Assembly (NCBI GenBank): GCA_963805625.1
Contig: CAWDVE010000017.1
Coordinates: 192,001 to 256,000 of the forward strand
Length of the DNA: 64,000 nt
Reading direction: 5' to 3'
Source: an uncultured Candidatus Rokubacteria bacterium
Lineage (GTDB): Bacteria; Methylomirabilota; Methylomirabilia; Rokubacteriales; DASRDR01
Shown here: positions 10,020-22,299 of the stretch, piece after piece
Layout: each line of letters starts with the position of its first letter
Position numbering within the stretch: the first letter of the stretch is position 1
The notes under the pieces: model-generated
Database searches by the model: none
What the model was told of the DNA's origin: nothing
What the model saw: only the letters and a program-made list of their open reading frames with translations
Position numbers and translations under genes: made by a program

Positions 10020-11189
10020 ATGGCGGCGACCCTGCCGGGGTCGCTCGCGGCGGTCCTCCGCCCGCTCCTGCCGCTCTTCGTCGTCGACGTCCTCACGGCC
10101 TTCACCGTCGGAATGGTGCCGCCGCTCCTGCCGCTGCTCGCCGACGAGTGGCAGCTGTCGCCGCTCCAGGCCGGGCTCATCAACACGGTCTACGCGCTTG
10201 GCCGCCTCGGGACCAGCTATCCGGCAAGCACGCTGCGCGCCCGTCACGGCACGCGTCGGGTGGTCTTCCTCGGCCTCGCGCTCCTGGTGACGAGCGTGGT
10301 GGCCTGCGGGCTGGCGCCGGTGTTCCTCGCCTTCCTGCTGGCCCGCCTGGTCATGGGCGTTGGGGCTTCGGCCGCGTTCCTCGCGATCTTCGCCGAGCTC
10401 CTCGAGACCGCGCCGGCCGCGTGGCGGGGCCGGCTCACGAACCTGTTCGAGGGCATGGCGATCCTGAGCCTCGGGATCGGGAGCACGCTGGGGGCCTGGG
10501 TCGCAGGCCAGGTGGGCTGGCGGTGGGTGTTCGTGGGCGCGGGGCCGGTGCTCCTCCTCTGCGGTCTCGTGTGGCGCGCGCTCGGGGCCGCGGCTGGCCG
10601 TCACGTGGTCGAGGCCGCGGTGGCGGATCAGCCGGACCGGCGCCTCGCCCATCGCCGCCTCCTGCCCGTGTACACTGCGAGCCTTAGCCTGTCGATGACG
10701 TGGGCCGGCCTCTTCGCGACGATGGCGCCGCTCCTCGGTCACGCGCGGTACGGGCTCGGCTCCGGCCCCCTCGGCCTCGCGCTCAGCGCCGGGTACGCGG
10801 CGGAGCTGGCCGGGCTCCTCGGGGTCGGGCTCGTCATCGATCGGATCCGCCGGGAGCCCATCTTCTTCGTAGGGGCGGGGGCGGTGGCAGCTGGCGGCCT
10901 GGTCCTGGCGGCCGGCACGCATCCCGCCGTCTTCGTCCTCGGGCTCGTCCTGGTCGGCGGCGGGTTCGCGGTCTGGATGGTGCCGGCTATCGTGCTGGCC
11001 GACCGCGTGGGCACCCCCATGCCCCCGGGTTACTTCGCCGTCTACCGGATCGCCATGGACGCGGGGATGATCGTCGGGCCGCTCGCGCTCGGCGCCGTGG
11101 CCGATCTCCTCGGCGCTCGTGCGGCCGTCGGGAGCGCCGGGTTCGCGCTAGTCGCCGGGGCGGTAGCGCTCACGCTCGGGCGGCGCTGA
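10020..11189 (+). CDS. MFS transporter
   Basis: About 12 hydrophobic segments and a DRIRR loop motif. Confidence 0.85.
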   Translation: MAATLPGSLAAVLRPLLPLFVVDVLTAFTVGMVPPLLPLLADEWQLSPLQAGLINTVYALGRLGTSYPASTLRARHGTRRVVFLGLALLVTSVVACGLAPVFLAFLLARLVMGVGASAAFLAIFAELLETAPAAWRGRLTNLFEGMAILSLGIGSTLGAWVAGQVGWRWVFVGAGPVLLLCGLVWRALGAAAGRHVVEAAVADQPDRRLAHRRLLPVYTASLSLSMTWAGLFATMAPLLGHARYGLGSGPLGLALSAGYAAELAGLLGVGLVIDRIRREPIFFVGAGAVAAGGLVLAAGTHPAVFVLGLVLVGGGFAVWMVPAIVLADRVGTPMPPGYFAVYRIAMDAGMIVGPLALGAVADLLGARAAVGSAGFALVAGAVALTLGRR

Positions 11190-11196
11190 CGCCGAG

Positions 11197-11205
11197 TGCT
11201 ATACT
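11197..11205 (+). promoter_or_regulatory. Extended -10 promoter (TGC-TATACT), probably giving a leaderless lemA mRNA
   Basis: TATACT lies 7 nt upstream of the GTG at 11213; no SD sequence. Confidence 0.6.
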
Positions 11206-11212
11206 CCCGCGG

Positions 11213-11806
11213 GTGAAGGCCGGTCTCGTCGTCCTCGCGGTCGTCGCGCTCGCGGTCATCGTCGCCCTCGGATGGTTCGTCTCGATCAGCAACGATCTCG
11301 TCGCGCGCGAGCAGGCGGTCCACGAGGCGTGGGCGCAGGTCCAGAACGTCTACCAGCGCCGGGCCGACCTGATCCCGAACCTCGTGGAGACCGTCAAGGG
11401 CTTCGCCGCCCAGGAACGGGCCGTCCTGGAGGAGGTCACCCGCGCCCGCGCGAGCGTGGCGGGGATGCAGGTCACGCCCGAGATCCTGCGGGACCCGGAG
11501 GCGCTCCGGAAGTTCCAGGAGGCGCAGGCCCAGCTGGGCGGTGCGCTCGGCCGACTGCTGGCCGTCGTCGAGCGCTATCCCGACCTCAAATCGAACCAGA
11601 ACTTCCTGGCGCTGCAGAGCCAGCTCGAGGGGACCGAGAACCGAATCGCGGTCGAGCGCCGCCGCTACAACGAGGCCGTGCGCGAGTACAACACCGCGAT
11701 CCGGCGCTTCCCGGGGAGCCTGGTCGCCTCGCTCCGAGGCTTCCCGGAGCGGCCCTACTTCGAGGCGACGCCCGGCAGCGAGGTGCCCCCGGCGATCAAG
11801 TTCTGA
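11213..11806 (+). CDS. lemA: LemA family protein
   Basis: N-terminal TM; motifs YQRRADLIPNLV, ERYPDLKSNQNF and LEGTENRIAVERRRYNE. Confidence 0.93.
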   Translation: MKAGLVVLAVVALAVIVALGWFVSISNDLVAREQAVHEAWAQVQNVYQRRADLIPNLVETVKGFAAQERAVLEEVTRARASVAGMQVTPEILRDPEALRKFQEAQAQLGGALGRLLAVVERYPDLKSNQNFLALQSQLEGTENRIAVERRRYNEAVREYNTAIRRFPGSLVASLRGFPERPYFEATPGSEVPPAIKF

Positions 11807-11863
11807 CCGAGGCCGGGAGGTCCCGCGCCGGGCCGCGACGGCGCGGCGCGACGGCGCGGTGGT

Positions 11864-11892
11864 TTGACAGGGGCTTCCCCCTCCGCTAGCAT
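11864..11892 (+). promoter_or_regulatory. Sigma70-type promoter of ftsH
   Basis: TTGACA-N17-TAGCAT. Confidence 0.65.
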
Positions 11893-11912
11893 TTTTCTGC
11901 GGTAATCCTTCG

Positions 11913-13817
11913 ATGAAACCCCGCATCCGTCAGCAAGCTCGGTTCTCCGCCCTCTACATCGCGGGCGCGGTGATCGTGCTGATCTTCCTCCAGAGCTGGC
12001 TGCTCACACCCCAGGCTCAGGAGATCCCCATCAGCCGGCTGGTGGAGTGGGTCCGCGAGGACCGGGTCGCCCGCGTCTCCTTCGGCGAGCGGGAGATCCG
12101 GGGCGTCCTCAAGGAGCCGATCCCCGATGCGCCGGTCCCGGCACCCCAGTGGCTTGCTCGCCTCACCGGATGGACGCCGGGGGTCCTGTTCGCCACCGTG
12201 CGCATTCCCGGTGCCGACGACGCGGCGCTCTTGCGCGAGCTCGAGGCCCACAAGGTCGAGTTCTCGGGCCGGATCGAGTCCACCCTGGTCCGGGATCTGA
12301 TCTTCGGCTGGCTCCTGCCGATCGGCGTGATGGCGGGGATCTGGATCTTCCTCATGCGGCGCATGGGCGGCGGGCCGACCCAGGCGCTCACGTTCGGGCG
12401 CTCCAAGGTCAAGATCTACGACCGCAAGGAGCTCAAGACGACCTTCGCCGACGTTGCCGGCGTCGACGAGGCGAGGGCGGAGCTCGTGGAGGTCGTCGAC
12501 TTCCTGCGCAACCCGCAGAAGTACCAGCGGCTGGGCGGCCGCATTCCGAAGGGCGTCCTGATCGTCGGGCCGCCGGGCAGCGGCAAGACGCTCCTCGCCC
12601 GCGCGGTGGCGGGCGAGGCCGACGTGCCGTTCTTCTTCCTGTCGGGCTCGGAGTTCGTCGAGATGTTCGTCGGCGTCGGGGCGGCCCGCGTGCGGGACCT
12701 CTTCGAGCAGGCCAAGGAGAAGGCGCCTTGCATCGTCTTCATCGACGAGCTGGACGCCATCGGCAAGAGCCGCGCCGGCGCGACTGGCTTCGTCGGGGGC
12801 CACGACGAGCGTGAGCAGACGCTCAACCAACTCCTGGTCGAGATGGATGGGTTCGACTCCTCCAAGGGCGTCATCATCATGGCGGCCACGAACCGGCCCG
12901 AGGTCCTGGACGCGGCGCTCCTCCGGGCCGGGCGCTTCGACCGTCAGGTGGTTGTGGATCGGCCGGACGTCCGCGGCCGGGAGGCGATCCTGCGGGTCCA
13001 CGCGCGCCACGTCCGGCTCGCCCCGGAGGTGAGCCTCCAGGTCATCGCGGCACGGACCCCGGGATTCGCGGGGGCGGACCTCGCGAACATCCTGAACGAG
13101 GCGGCCCTCCTGGCCGCCCGTAAGGGCAAGGAGTCCGTCGAGCAGGCGGACCTCGAGGAGGCGATCGACCGCGTGGTCGCAGGGATGGAGCGCCGGAGCC
13201 GCGTGCTCTCCGAGACCGAGCGTGACATCGTCGCGCATCACGAGATGGGTCACGCGCTCGTGGCGTCCTCGGTGCCCCACGCCGATCCCGTGCACAAGGT
13301 GTCGATCATCCCACGCGGTGTGGCGGCGCTCGGCATCACCTACCAGCTGCCCACGGAGGACCGGTACATCCTGCGCCAGAGCGAGCTCGAGGACCGGATC
13401 GCTGTGATGCTCGGCGGCCACGCGGCGGAGGAGCTCGTGTATGGCGAGCTTTCCACCGGGGCGCACAACGACCTCGAGCGGGCCGCGGCGGTGGCCCGGG
13501 CGATGGTCATGCGGTACGGGATGTCGCAGCGGCTCGGCCCGCTCACCTTCGGCGGGGATGGCGGCCCGGGCTTCCTGCGCCGGAACGGTTCCGGCTGGGA
13601 GGGGGGCGAGCGGGAGTACAGCGAGGAGACCGCCCGCGCGATTGACGAGGAGGTCCGGCGCATCGTCGACCAGACGTACGAGCGGGTTCGTGCGATCCTC
13701 GGAGCCAAGAAGGACGTTCTGCTCCGTGCCGCCGAGGTGCTGAAGGTGCGCGAGACGCTCGAGGGCGACGAGCTCCGGCGGCTGCTCGCCGGGGACCCGG
13801 TCCCCGCCGGCGCCTGA
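11913..13817 (+). CDS. ftsH: ATP-dependent zinc metalloprotease FtsH
   Basis: Two TMs, Walker A GPPGSGKT, Walker [22 protein letters not shown] and HEMGH. Confidence 0.97.
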   Translation: MKPRIRQQARFSALYIAGAVIVLIFLQSWLLTPQAQEIPISRLVEWVREDRVARVSFGEREIRGVLKEPIPDAPVPAPQWLARLTGWTPGVLFATVRIPGADDAALLRELEAHKVEFSGRIESTLVRDLIFGWLLPIGVMAGIWIFLMRRMGGGPTQALTFGRSKVKIYDRKELKTTFADVAGVDEARAELVEVVDFLRNPQKYQRLGGRIPKGVLIVGPPGSGKTLLARAVAGEADVPFFFLSGSEFVEMFVGVGAARVRDLFEQAKEKAPCIVFIDELDAIGKSRAGATGFVGGHDEREQTLNQLLVEMDGFDSSKGVIIMAATNRPEVLDAALLRAGRFDRQVVVDRPDVRGREAILRVHARHVRLAPEVSLQVIAARTPGFAGADLANILNEAALLAARKGKESVEQADLEEAIDRVVAGMERRSRVLSETERDIVAHHEMGHALVASSVPHADPVHKVSIIPRGVAALGITYQLPTEDRYILRQSELEDRIAVMLGGHAAEELVYGELSTGAHNDLERAAAVARAMVMRYGMSQRLGPLTFGGDGGPGFLRRNGSGWEGGEREYSEETARAIDEEVRRIVDQTYERVRAILGAKKDVLLRAAEVLKVRETLEGDELRRLLAGDPVPAGA

Positions 13818-13834
13818 CCAGGCGGCGCCGCGCC

Positions 13835-13843
13835 TGCTAGAAT
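13835..13843 (+). promoter_or_regulatory. Extended -10 promoter (TGC-TAGAAT), probably leaderless
   Basis: Lies 6 nt upstream of the GTG at 13850; no SD sequence. Confidence 0.6.
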
Positions 13844-13849
13844 TCCTCC

Positions 13850-14917
13850 GTGGCCGTCACCTACAAGGACTACTATAAGACCCTCGGCGTCCCGAAGACC
13901 GCTGACGCCAAGGCGATCAAGCAGGCCTACCGGAAGCTCGCGCGCAAGTACCATCCGGACCAGAACCCGGGCAACACCGCCGCCGCCGATCGCTTCAAGG
14001 AGATCAACGAGGCCAACGAGGTCCTCTCCGATCCGGAGAAGCGTCAGCGGTACGACACGCTGGGCCCGGACTGGGCCCGCTACGCGGAGGCGGGCGCCGG
14101 CGGGTTTGGCGTGCGGCCGGGCGGCCCGGGCGGACCCGGCCCGGGCGGTTACCGGGTTCACGTCGATGAGTCGGGTGGCCTCGGCGACTTCTCGGAGTTC
14201 TTCCGCACGATCTTCGGGGATCTCGGCACCCGCGGGCGCCCGTTCGAGGGCGTCGAGTTCGAGGAGCGCGATCCGTTCCGCGGTGGGGGGCGCGGGCGGC
14301 GGGGTGGCGACCTCGAGGCCGAGGTCGAGATCACTCTGGAAGAAGCCCATGCCGGGGCCCGGCGGACCGTCGAGTTCCAGCAGCTCGAGCCATGCGGCAC
14401 GTGCCACGGCACGGGACGCCAGGGCAAAGGGACATGCTCGACGTGCGGCGGCTCTGGCCAGATGCCTCGCAGCTACCGGGTCGAGGTGAAGATCCCCGCC
14501 GGTGTTCGGGACGGCTCGCGGGTCCGTGCCGCGGGCGAGGGTGGGGCCGGTACGGGCGGGGGGATCCGCGGGGATCTCTATCTTCGCGTGCATGTGACGC
14601 CGCACCCCCTCTTCGAGCGCCGCGAGGACGATCTCCACGTCGAGCTGCCGATCGGCGTCTGGGAGGCCGCGCTCGGCGCCGAGGTCGAGGTGCCCACGCT
14701 CCGCGGCAAGGTCTCGATGAAGATTCCGCCCGAGACGAGCAGCGGGCGGACGTTCCGGCTCCCGGGCTACGGCCTCCCGCACGTGAAGGGTGGCGGGCGG
14801 GGCGATCAGTTCATCCGCGTCCGTATCGCAATGCCCCGCGACCTCACGGCCGCCGAGCGCGCCCTCTTCGAGCAGCTCCGGAGCCTTCGCCCCGCGCCTC
14901 CGCGCGAGACCGCCTGA
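13850..14917 (+). CDS. DnaJ-class co-chaperone (J domain, G/F region, shortened Zn finger, DnaJ_C)
   Basis: KDYY and HPD motifs; only two CxxCxGxG repeats; VKIPAGV...GDLY. Confidence 0.92.
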   Translation: MAVTYKDYYKTLGVPKTADAKAIKQAYRKLARKYHPDQNPGNTAAADRFKEINEANEVLSDPEKRQRYDTLGPDWARYAEAGAGGFGVRPGGPGGPGPGGYRVHVDESGGLGDFSEFFRTIFGDLGTRGRPFEGVEFEERDPFRGGGRGRRGGDLEAEVEITLEEAHAGARRTVEFQQLEPCGTCHGTGRQGKGTCSTCGGSGQMPRSYRVEVKIPAGVRDGSRVRAAGEGGAGTGGGIRGDLYLRVHVTPHPLFERREDDLHVELPIGVWEAALGAEVEVPTLRGKVSMKIPPETSSGRTFRLPGYGLPHVKGGGRGDQFIRVRIAMPRDLTAAERALFEQLRSLRPAPPRETA

Positions 14918-14981
14918 AGCATCGGGCATGTCTGGCCACAGGGCGATCCGCCCGACTGGCTGTCCGTTGGTTGACGGCTTT

Positions 14982-15045
14982 TTGACAGTGTCCGGGGGCC
15001 TGCTAGACTCCTCACTGATCCCGCGTGACGCATGGCGCGGGATCA
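14982..15045 (+). promoter_or_regulatory. clpB promoter plus a perfect 10-bp inverted repeat in the 5' leader
   Basis: TTGACA-N16-TAGACT; TGATCCCGCG (15016-25) N10 CGCGGGATCA (15036-45). Confidence 0.6.
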
Positions 15046-15068
15046 TTTGTTAAGGGCAAGGAGGGCGC

Positions 15069-17672
<2,604 letters not shown>

Positions 17673-17674
17673 TC

Positions 17675-17693
17675 GGCCCGCGCTACGCGGGCC
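17675..17693 (+). terminator. GC hairpin after clpB (possible terminator)
   Basis: GGCCCGCG-cta-CGCGGGCC; no U-tract. Confidence 0.35.
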
Positions 17694-17780
17694 TGAGCCC
17701 ACCGGCTGCCACAGATCGAAGACCGTCCGATCGAAACGTCCGATCAGCTCCCACGCAGCCCGGGTAGCCCAGTGAGCGAG
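17694..17780 (+). repeat. Dispersed ~87-bp repeat, copy A
   Basis: Aligns by hand with 29555-29642 at about 67/88 positions. Confidence 0.7.
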
Positions 17781-18505
17781 GGTCCGGTCCCGAGCGTGGC
17801 GCCGGGCGCCCGCTCGACGGGGCGGCTGGCCGCGGGCGCGGGCTGGCAGGGCACGGGGTACGTGAGGCGGCGGCCCTGGGGGGCGTAAGGCTGCCCTGAC
17901 ACGAAGCACGGGTTGGCCGCGATCCAGTGGCGGGTCGGATCCTCCCAGCCCCCGTCGATCCACTCCCCGCAGAGTCCCCCCTCGCGCCGGCAGACCCCGA
18001 AGTGTAGGTGCGGCGCCGTCGCGTTGCCGGTCGCGCCGACCCGTCCGATGACCTCACCCCGCCGCACGACCTGGCCACCCACGACCTCCACCGCCGAGAG
18101 GTGGTAGTACGCCGTCGTGAGATCGACGTCGTGCTCGATCACGATGAGTCGCCCGGCGAAGGCCTGGAAGCCGGTCCGGAGCACCACCCCGTCAGCGGCG
18201 GCCAGCAGCGGCGTCCCTGTCGTCGCCCGGATGTCGATCCCCGCGTGACGCGTCGGGGTCGCCGCGCCGCCCTCGCCGCGCCACTCCCCGAACCGCGAGA
18301 TGATCGGGGGCGGCACCAGGGCGAGGAGGCCGGGAGTCTCGGGAGGCGGCGGTAGCAGCGCCGGCCGTGGCGGCTCGACGGCGCAGCCCGTCACCGACAG
18401 GAGGAGCAGGAGGATCCGCCCGCCGCGTGTGAGGCATCGGAGGGGCCGGGCTGCCGGGGCCCGCCGCGTCCGGCGGCGCCAGTCGGGCGGGGTCGCGCCT
18501 CTCAC
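17744..18505 (-). CDS. M23 family metallopeptidase, probable lipoprotein
   Basis: Motifs HAGIDI, YYHL and TGNATAPHLHF; lipobox-like LLLSVTGC. Start taken at the GTGA overlap with the ggt stop (uncertain). Confidence 0.85.
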   Translation of the reverse strand: MRGATPPDWRRRTRRAPAARPLRCLTRGGRILLLLLSVTGCAVEPPRPALLPPPPETPGLLALVPPPIISRFGEWRGEGGAATPTRHAGIDIRATTGTPLLAAADGVVLRTGFQAFAGRLIVIEHDVDLTTAYYHLSAVEVVGGQVVRRGEVIGRVGATGNATAPHLHFGVCRREGGLCGEWIDGGWEDPTRHWIAANPCFVSGQPYAPQGRRLTYPVPCQPAPAASRPVERAPGATLGTGPSLTGLPGLRGS

Positions 18506-20319
18506 CACGCCACCGCGTAGGAGTCGCGGCGCGGGTCGGCCGCGCCCCAGCGGATCCCGGCGTCGTCGACTCGCGCCAGACACACGCCACCGGCGCGCCA
18601 TTCCCAGTCCCTCCAGCGCTCGACCTCGTGACCGCGGGCGCGCAGCGCCGCGGCGGTGGCCTCCGGGAGGCGACCCTCGAGGGTGACGCGGCCCGGGAAG
18701 TAGCGGTGGGGCCAGAACGAGTCCGGGAACGACTGGGTCGCAAAGCGGGGCGCCTCGACGGCGCGCTGCGGGCTCATGCCGAAGACGACTATGTTGAGAA
18801 GGACCTGGAGCATCGCCTGGAGCTGAACGTCACCACCCGGTGTCCCGAGCGCCATCACGTCCCCGCCGGGTCCCAGAACCAAGGCGGGACTGGGGGTCAG
18901 CCTCGGACGCTTGCCCGGCGCGACGGCGCTCGCGTGCCCGGGCTCGAGCCAGCCCTGGGATCCGCGCGAGGACACGGCGAGCCCCGTGCCGGGAATGACG
19001 GGCGTGTCGGTCGACACGTCACTCGGGGTGGCCGAGAAGGCGTTACCCTCGCGGTCGACCACGGCGGCGTACGAGGTGCCGAGCGTGGCCGGACCGCCGG
19101 CGATGGCCGCGGCGGCGCGGGACCCGGGGCGGGGCGGCGCGCCCGCCGGGGCACCCGGATGCGGCATTGCCGGCCAGGCGCGGTCGGGATCGATGAGACC
19201 ACGGCGCCCGGCCGCGTAGGCCGGGTCGAGGAGGCCGGCTCCGGGCACCTCCACGTGGCGGGGGTCTCCGTAGAAGGCCTCCCGGTCGGCGAACGCGAGC
19301 TTCATCGCCTCCGTGATCGTGTGGACGTAGTCCGGCGTGTTGTGACCGAGCGCGGCGAGATCGATCCCGTCGAGGATCTGGAGCATCTGGAGGAACGCCG
19401 GCCCCTGGCACCAAAACCCGCAGGTGAGGACCTCGCGGGACCCGATCCGGGCCCGCGCCGGCGGCTCCACGCCGACCCGGAATCCGGCGAGATCCTCGCG
19501 CGTGAGGAGCCCGCCCTCGGCTGCGTGGTAGCGCGCGATGGCGGCCGCGACGTCGCCCCGGTAGAAGGCGTTGCGCGCGGCCGTGAGGCCGGCGACCCGA
19601 CCAGCACGGCGGCCGCCCCGGTCCTCGTCGGCCAGGTAGCCGAGGGTGCGGCCGAGGTCGGCCTGGACGAAACGCTCGCCGGCCCGCGGGATCCGCCCGC
19701 CCGGCAGGTAGATCGGCGCCGAGGTGGGCCATCGCCGGTAGGCGTCCGCGTTGGCCTGGATGATCCCGGCGACGAACCGGCCGAGGGGGAAGCCTTCCCG
19801 GGCGAACTCGATCGCCGGCTGGGCGACCTCCGCGAAGCCGAGGGTGCCGAAGCGCTCGAGCGCGGTGATCCAGGCGTCGGGCGCCGCCGGGACGACAGTC
19901 CGGAGGAGGCCGTCGGGCATGTCGCCCTTGCAGTGGTCGCGGAAGTATTCGAGGGTCGCCGCCCGCGGCCACACGCCCAGACCCGAGATCGTCGTCACCT
20001 CGCGACGGCTGGCCTCGTAGACCATGATCGGCGCGACCCCGGCGAAGCTGACGATGTCGGAATGGACCACGCCGAGGCAGATCCCGGCCGCCACGCCGGC
20101 GTCGACGGCGTTTCCCCCCGCCTCGAGGATGCGGTGTGCCGCGAGGGCCGCCAGCGGGTGGCCTGCGGCGACCGCGTGGTGCGTGCCGAGGGCGTCTGGG
20201 CGGAGCGCGTGCGCCGCAGCGGCCGGTCCGGTCAGAGTCTCGAGTGGGGCCGCGGCGACGCCCGGATGAGGGGCGCGACCGCTATGCTCGCTCGGAGGCC
20301 GGTACGAGTCGACCGTCAT
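18502..20319 (-). CDS. Gamma-glutamyltransferase family protein
   Basis: GGNAVDAGVA, LAFADRE, nucleophile Thr in GTSYAAVVD, PGKRPRLT, GTPGGD and GAADPRR. Confidence 0.93.
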   Translation of the reverse strand: MTVDSYRPPSEHSGRAPHPGVAAAPLETLTGPAAAAHALRPDALGTHHAVAAGHPLAALAAHRILEAGGNAVDAGVAAGICLGVVHSDIVSFAGVAPIMVYEASRREVTTISGLGVWPRAATLEYFRDHCKGDMPDGLLRTVVPAAPDAWITALERFGTLGFAEVAQPAIEFAREGFPLGRFVAGIIQANADAYRRWPTSAPIYLPGGRIPRAGERFVQADLGRTLGYLADEDRGGRRAGRVAGLTAARNAFYRGDVAAAIARYHAAEGGLLTREDLAGFRVGVEPPARARIGSREVLTCGFWCQGPAFLQMLQILDGIDLAALGHNTPDYVHTITEAMKLAFADREAFYGDPRHVEVPGAGLLDPAYAAGRRGLIDPDRAWPAMPHPGAPAGAPPRPGSRAAAAIAGGPATLGTSYAAVVDREGNAFSATPSDVSTDTPVIPGTGLAVSSRGSQGWLEPGHASAVAPGKRPRLTPSPALVLGPGGDVMALGTPGGDVQLQAMLQVLLNIVVFGMSPQRAVEAPRFATQSFPDSFWPHRYFPGRVTLEGRLPEATAAALRARGHEVERWRDWEWRAGGVCLARVDDAGIRWGAADPRRDSYAVAW

Positions 20320-20408
20320 CGTGTGATCATCGTGTCAACGCCTCCCCGGCCGGGGGGTTCCGGCTATGGCACCACAGACCGGAGCCGGGGTCAATCCAAA
20401 TCGGTGTT

Positions 20409-20437
20409 TTGACAGGCAAGCCGCACGGTGCTAGCGT
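20409..20437 (+). promoter_or_regulatory. Sigma70 promoter, probably leaderless
   Basis: TTGACA-N17-TAGCGT lies 7 nt before the GTG at 20445. Confidence 0.6.
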
Positions 20438-20444
20438 GGCCACC

Positions 20445-21200
20445 GTGCGGACGCCACGGATCGGCCTCACGGCGTCGGTCATGCCGACCAAGCTCGGCAC
20501 TCGCCGGACCTTCCTGAACGAGCCCTATATCGTCGCGATCCAGGAGTCGGGCGGGATCCCGCTGGTAGTGACGCCGGCGCACGGCGGGCCCGCGCTGCGC
20601 GCCCTCTTCGACCTCTTCGACGGGCTCGTGCTCACGGGTGGGGAGGACGTGGCCCCCGAGCGCTACGGCGAGGAGGTCCTCCACCCAAACATCGAGAGCG
20701 TGCCCGAGCGGGACGCGCTCGAGTTCCAGCTCCTCGAGTGGGCGCTGGCCGACGACCTCCCCGTGCTCGCCATTTGCCGGGGGGTACAGGTGCTCAATGT
20801 CGGTCTGGGCGGAACCCTTTACCAGGACCTCGCCACCGACCGACCCGCCCCCCTCGTCCACGACCAGGGCCTCGGCGACTTGCCACGTCCGCGAACCGAG
20901 CCGCACCATCCGGTGACGGTGCGGTCCGGCAGCTGCCTCGCCGACCTCCTCGGCCTGGAGACGGTCGAGGTCAACAGCATGCACCATCAGGGCATCAAGG
21001 GGCTGGCGTCGCCGCTCGTGCCGGTCGCCCACGCGCCGGACGGCCTGGTGGAAGCGGTCGAGGCGGCCGACGCCGCGCGGTGGAGTTTCCTCGTCGGCGT
21101 CCAGTGGCACCCGGAGGAGCTGGCGCGGGCGGGGCACGTGCCCTCCCGCCGGCTCTTCGAGCGCTTCGTCGCGGCCTCCGCGAAGCGCGCTCGCCGCTAG
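20445..21200 (+). CDS. Gamma-glutamyl-gamma-aminobutyrate hydrolase family (peptidase C26, PuuD-like)
   Basis: Motifs DGLVLTGGED, AICRGVQ, VNSMHHQ and GVQWHPE. Confidence 0.93.
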   Translation: MRTPRIGLTASVMPTKLGTRRTFLNEPYIVAIQESGGIPLVVTPAHGGPALRALFDLFDGLVLTGGEDVAPERYGEEVLHPNIESVPERDALEFQLLEWALADDLPVLAICRGVQVLNVGLGGTLYQDLATDRPAPLVHDQGLGDLPRPRTEPHHPVTVRSGSCLADLLGLETVEVNSMHHQGIKGLASPLVPVAHAPDGLVEAVEAADAARWSFLVGVQWHPEELARAGHVPSRRLFERFVAASAKRARR

Positions 21201-21220
21201 GCCGGGCGTCAGCGCCCGGC
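21201..21220 (+). terminator. GC hairpin after the PuuD-like gene
   Basis: GCCGGGCG-tcag-CGCCCGGC. Confidence 0.35.
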
Positions 21221-21300
21221 TGAAAGATCCTCTTCGGCCGACCGCCGGCACCCCGTATCGTCCGGGACCACCGCCGAGAACAGCGAGGGCCCATCTCGGC

Positions 21301-22105
21301 GGGGTCATCGCCAACACGTCGGTGGGGTCGCTGTTCCTGGCCGGGATCGTCCCCGGGTTCCTCACGGCAGGCGTCCTAATGATCCAGTGCTACTTCTGGG
21401 CGCGGAAGCGGAGCATGCTGCGCCATCCGCGAGCGAGCCTCTGGGAGCTTTGGGCATCGTTCAAGCGCGCCTCGCTGGCCCTGGTCACGCCGGTGATCAT
21501 CATGGGCGGGATCTTCGGGGGAATCTTCACCCCGACCGAGGCCGCGGCGGTGGCCGCGCTGTACTCGCTCGCGCTCGGTCTGTTCATCTACCGGGAGATG
21601 TCCTGGCGCGATCTGCCGCGGATCTTCAAGGAGTCGGTCAGCACCGCGGCGGTCGTCGGTCTCATCGTGGCCGGCGCGAGCCTCTTCGGCTGGGTGCTTG
21701 CCCGGGAGCAGGTACCGCAGAAGGTGGCCGCCGTCTTCCTGACCATCTCCCACGACCCGCTGGTCATCCTGCTGATCATCAATCTCCTGCTCCTCTTCCT
21801 CGGCTGCATCATGGAGGGGCTGGCGATCATGATCCTGCTGGTTGCCGGTCCTCCTGCCCGTGACGCAGGCCGTCGGCATCGACCCCGTCCACTTCGGCGT
21901 GGTCGTGGTCATGAACCTCATGATCGGGATCCTGACGCCGCCGTTCGGCGTCGCCCTCTTCGTCGTGGCGAAGGTGGGCAACATCCCGTTCCACGTCCTC
22001 GCCCGCGCCATCCTTCCGTTCCTGGGGCCGCTCCTCATCGTGCAGGTCATCGTGACGTACTGGCCCGGGCTCATCCTCTTCCTGCCGCGCCTGTTCTTCG
22101 ACTAG
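21301..22105 (+). pseudogene. TRAP transporter large permease (DctM) remnant, 5'-truncated and frameshifted
   Basis: SVGSLFLAGIVPG and GIFTPTEAAA in one frame; GIDPVHFG and TPPFG in another after ~21842 (gttgccg instead of gtgccg). No N-terminal part and no dctP/dctQ. Confidence 0.8.
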
Positions 22106-22299
22106 CGCCCGGGTGTCGAGATCGGCGCGGGCGCCCGCGACCGATCGGTTCCAGGGGCGGGCCGCTTGATAGAGGCGAGTGTTCCGCAATCCTCTCAGAG
22201 GCACGCCGGGCTGACGCGCTCGTGGGCGTGGGGCGTGACCGCGCCGCTGTCTTGACAGGTCTCCGAACGGCCCCCGAATATGGCATTGGTGAGCCAACA

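Noticed and set aside
11213-11806. LemA as magnetosome MamQ (same family), which would support a magnetosome island
   Set aside because: It is a canonical LemA about 31 kb from the MamK-like gene, among ftsH/dnaJ/clpB, and no other mam genes are present.
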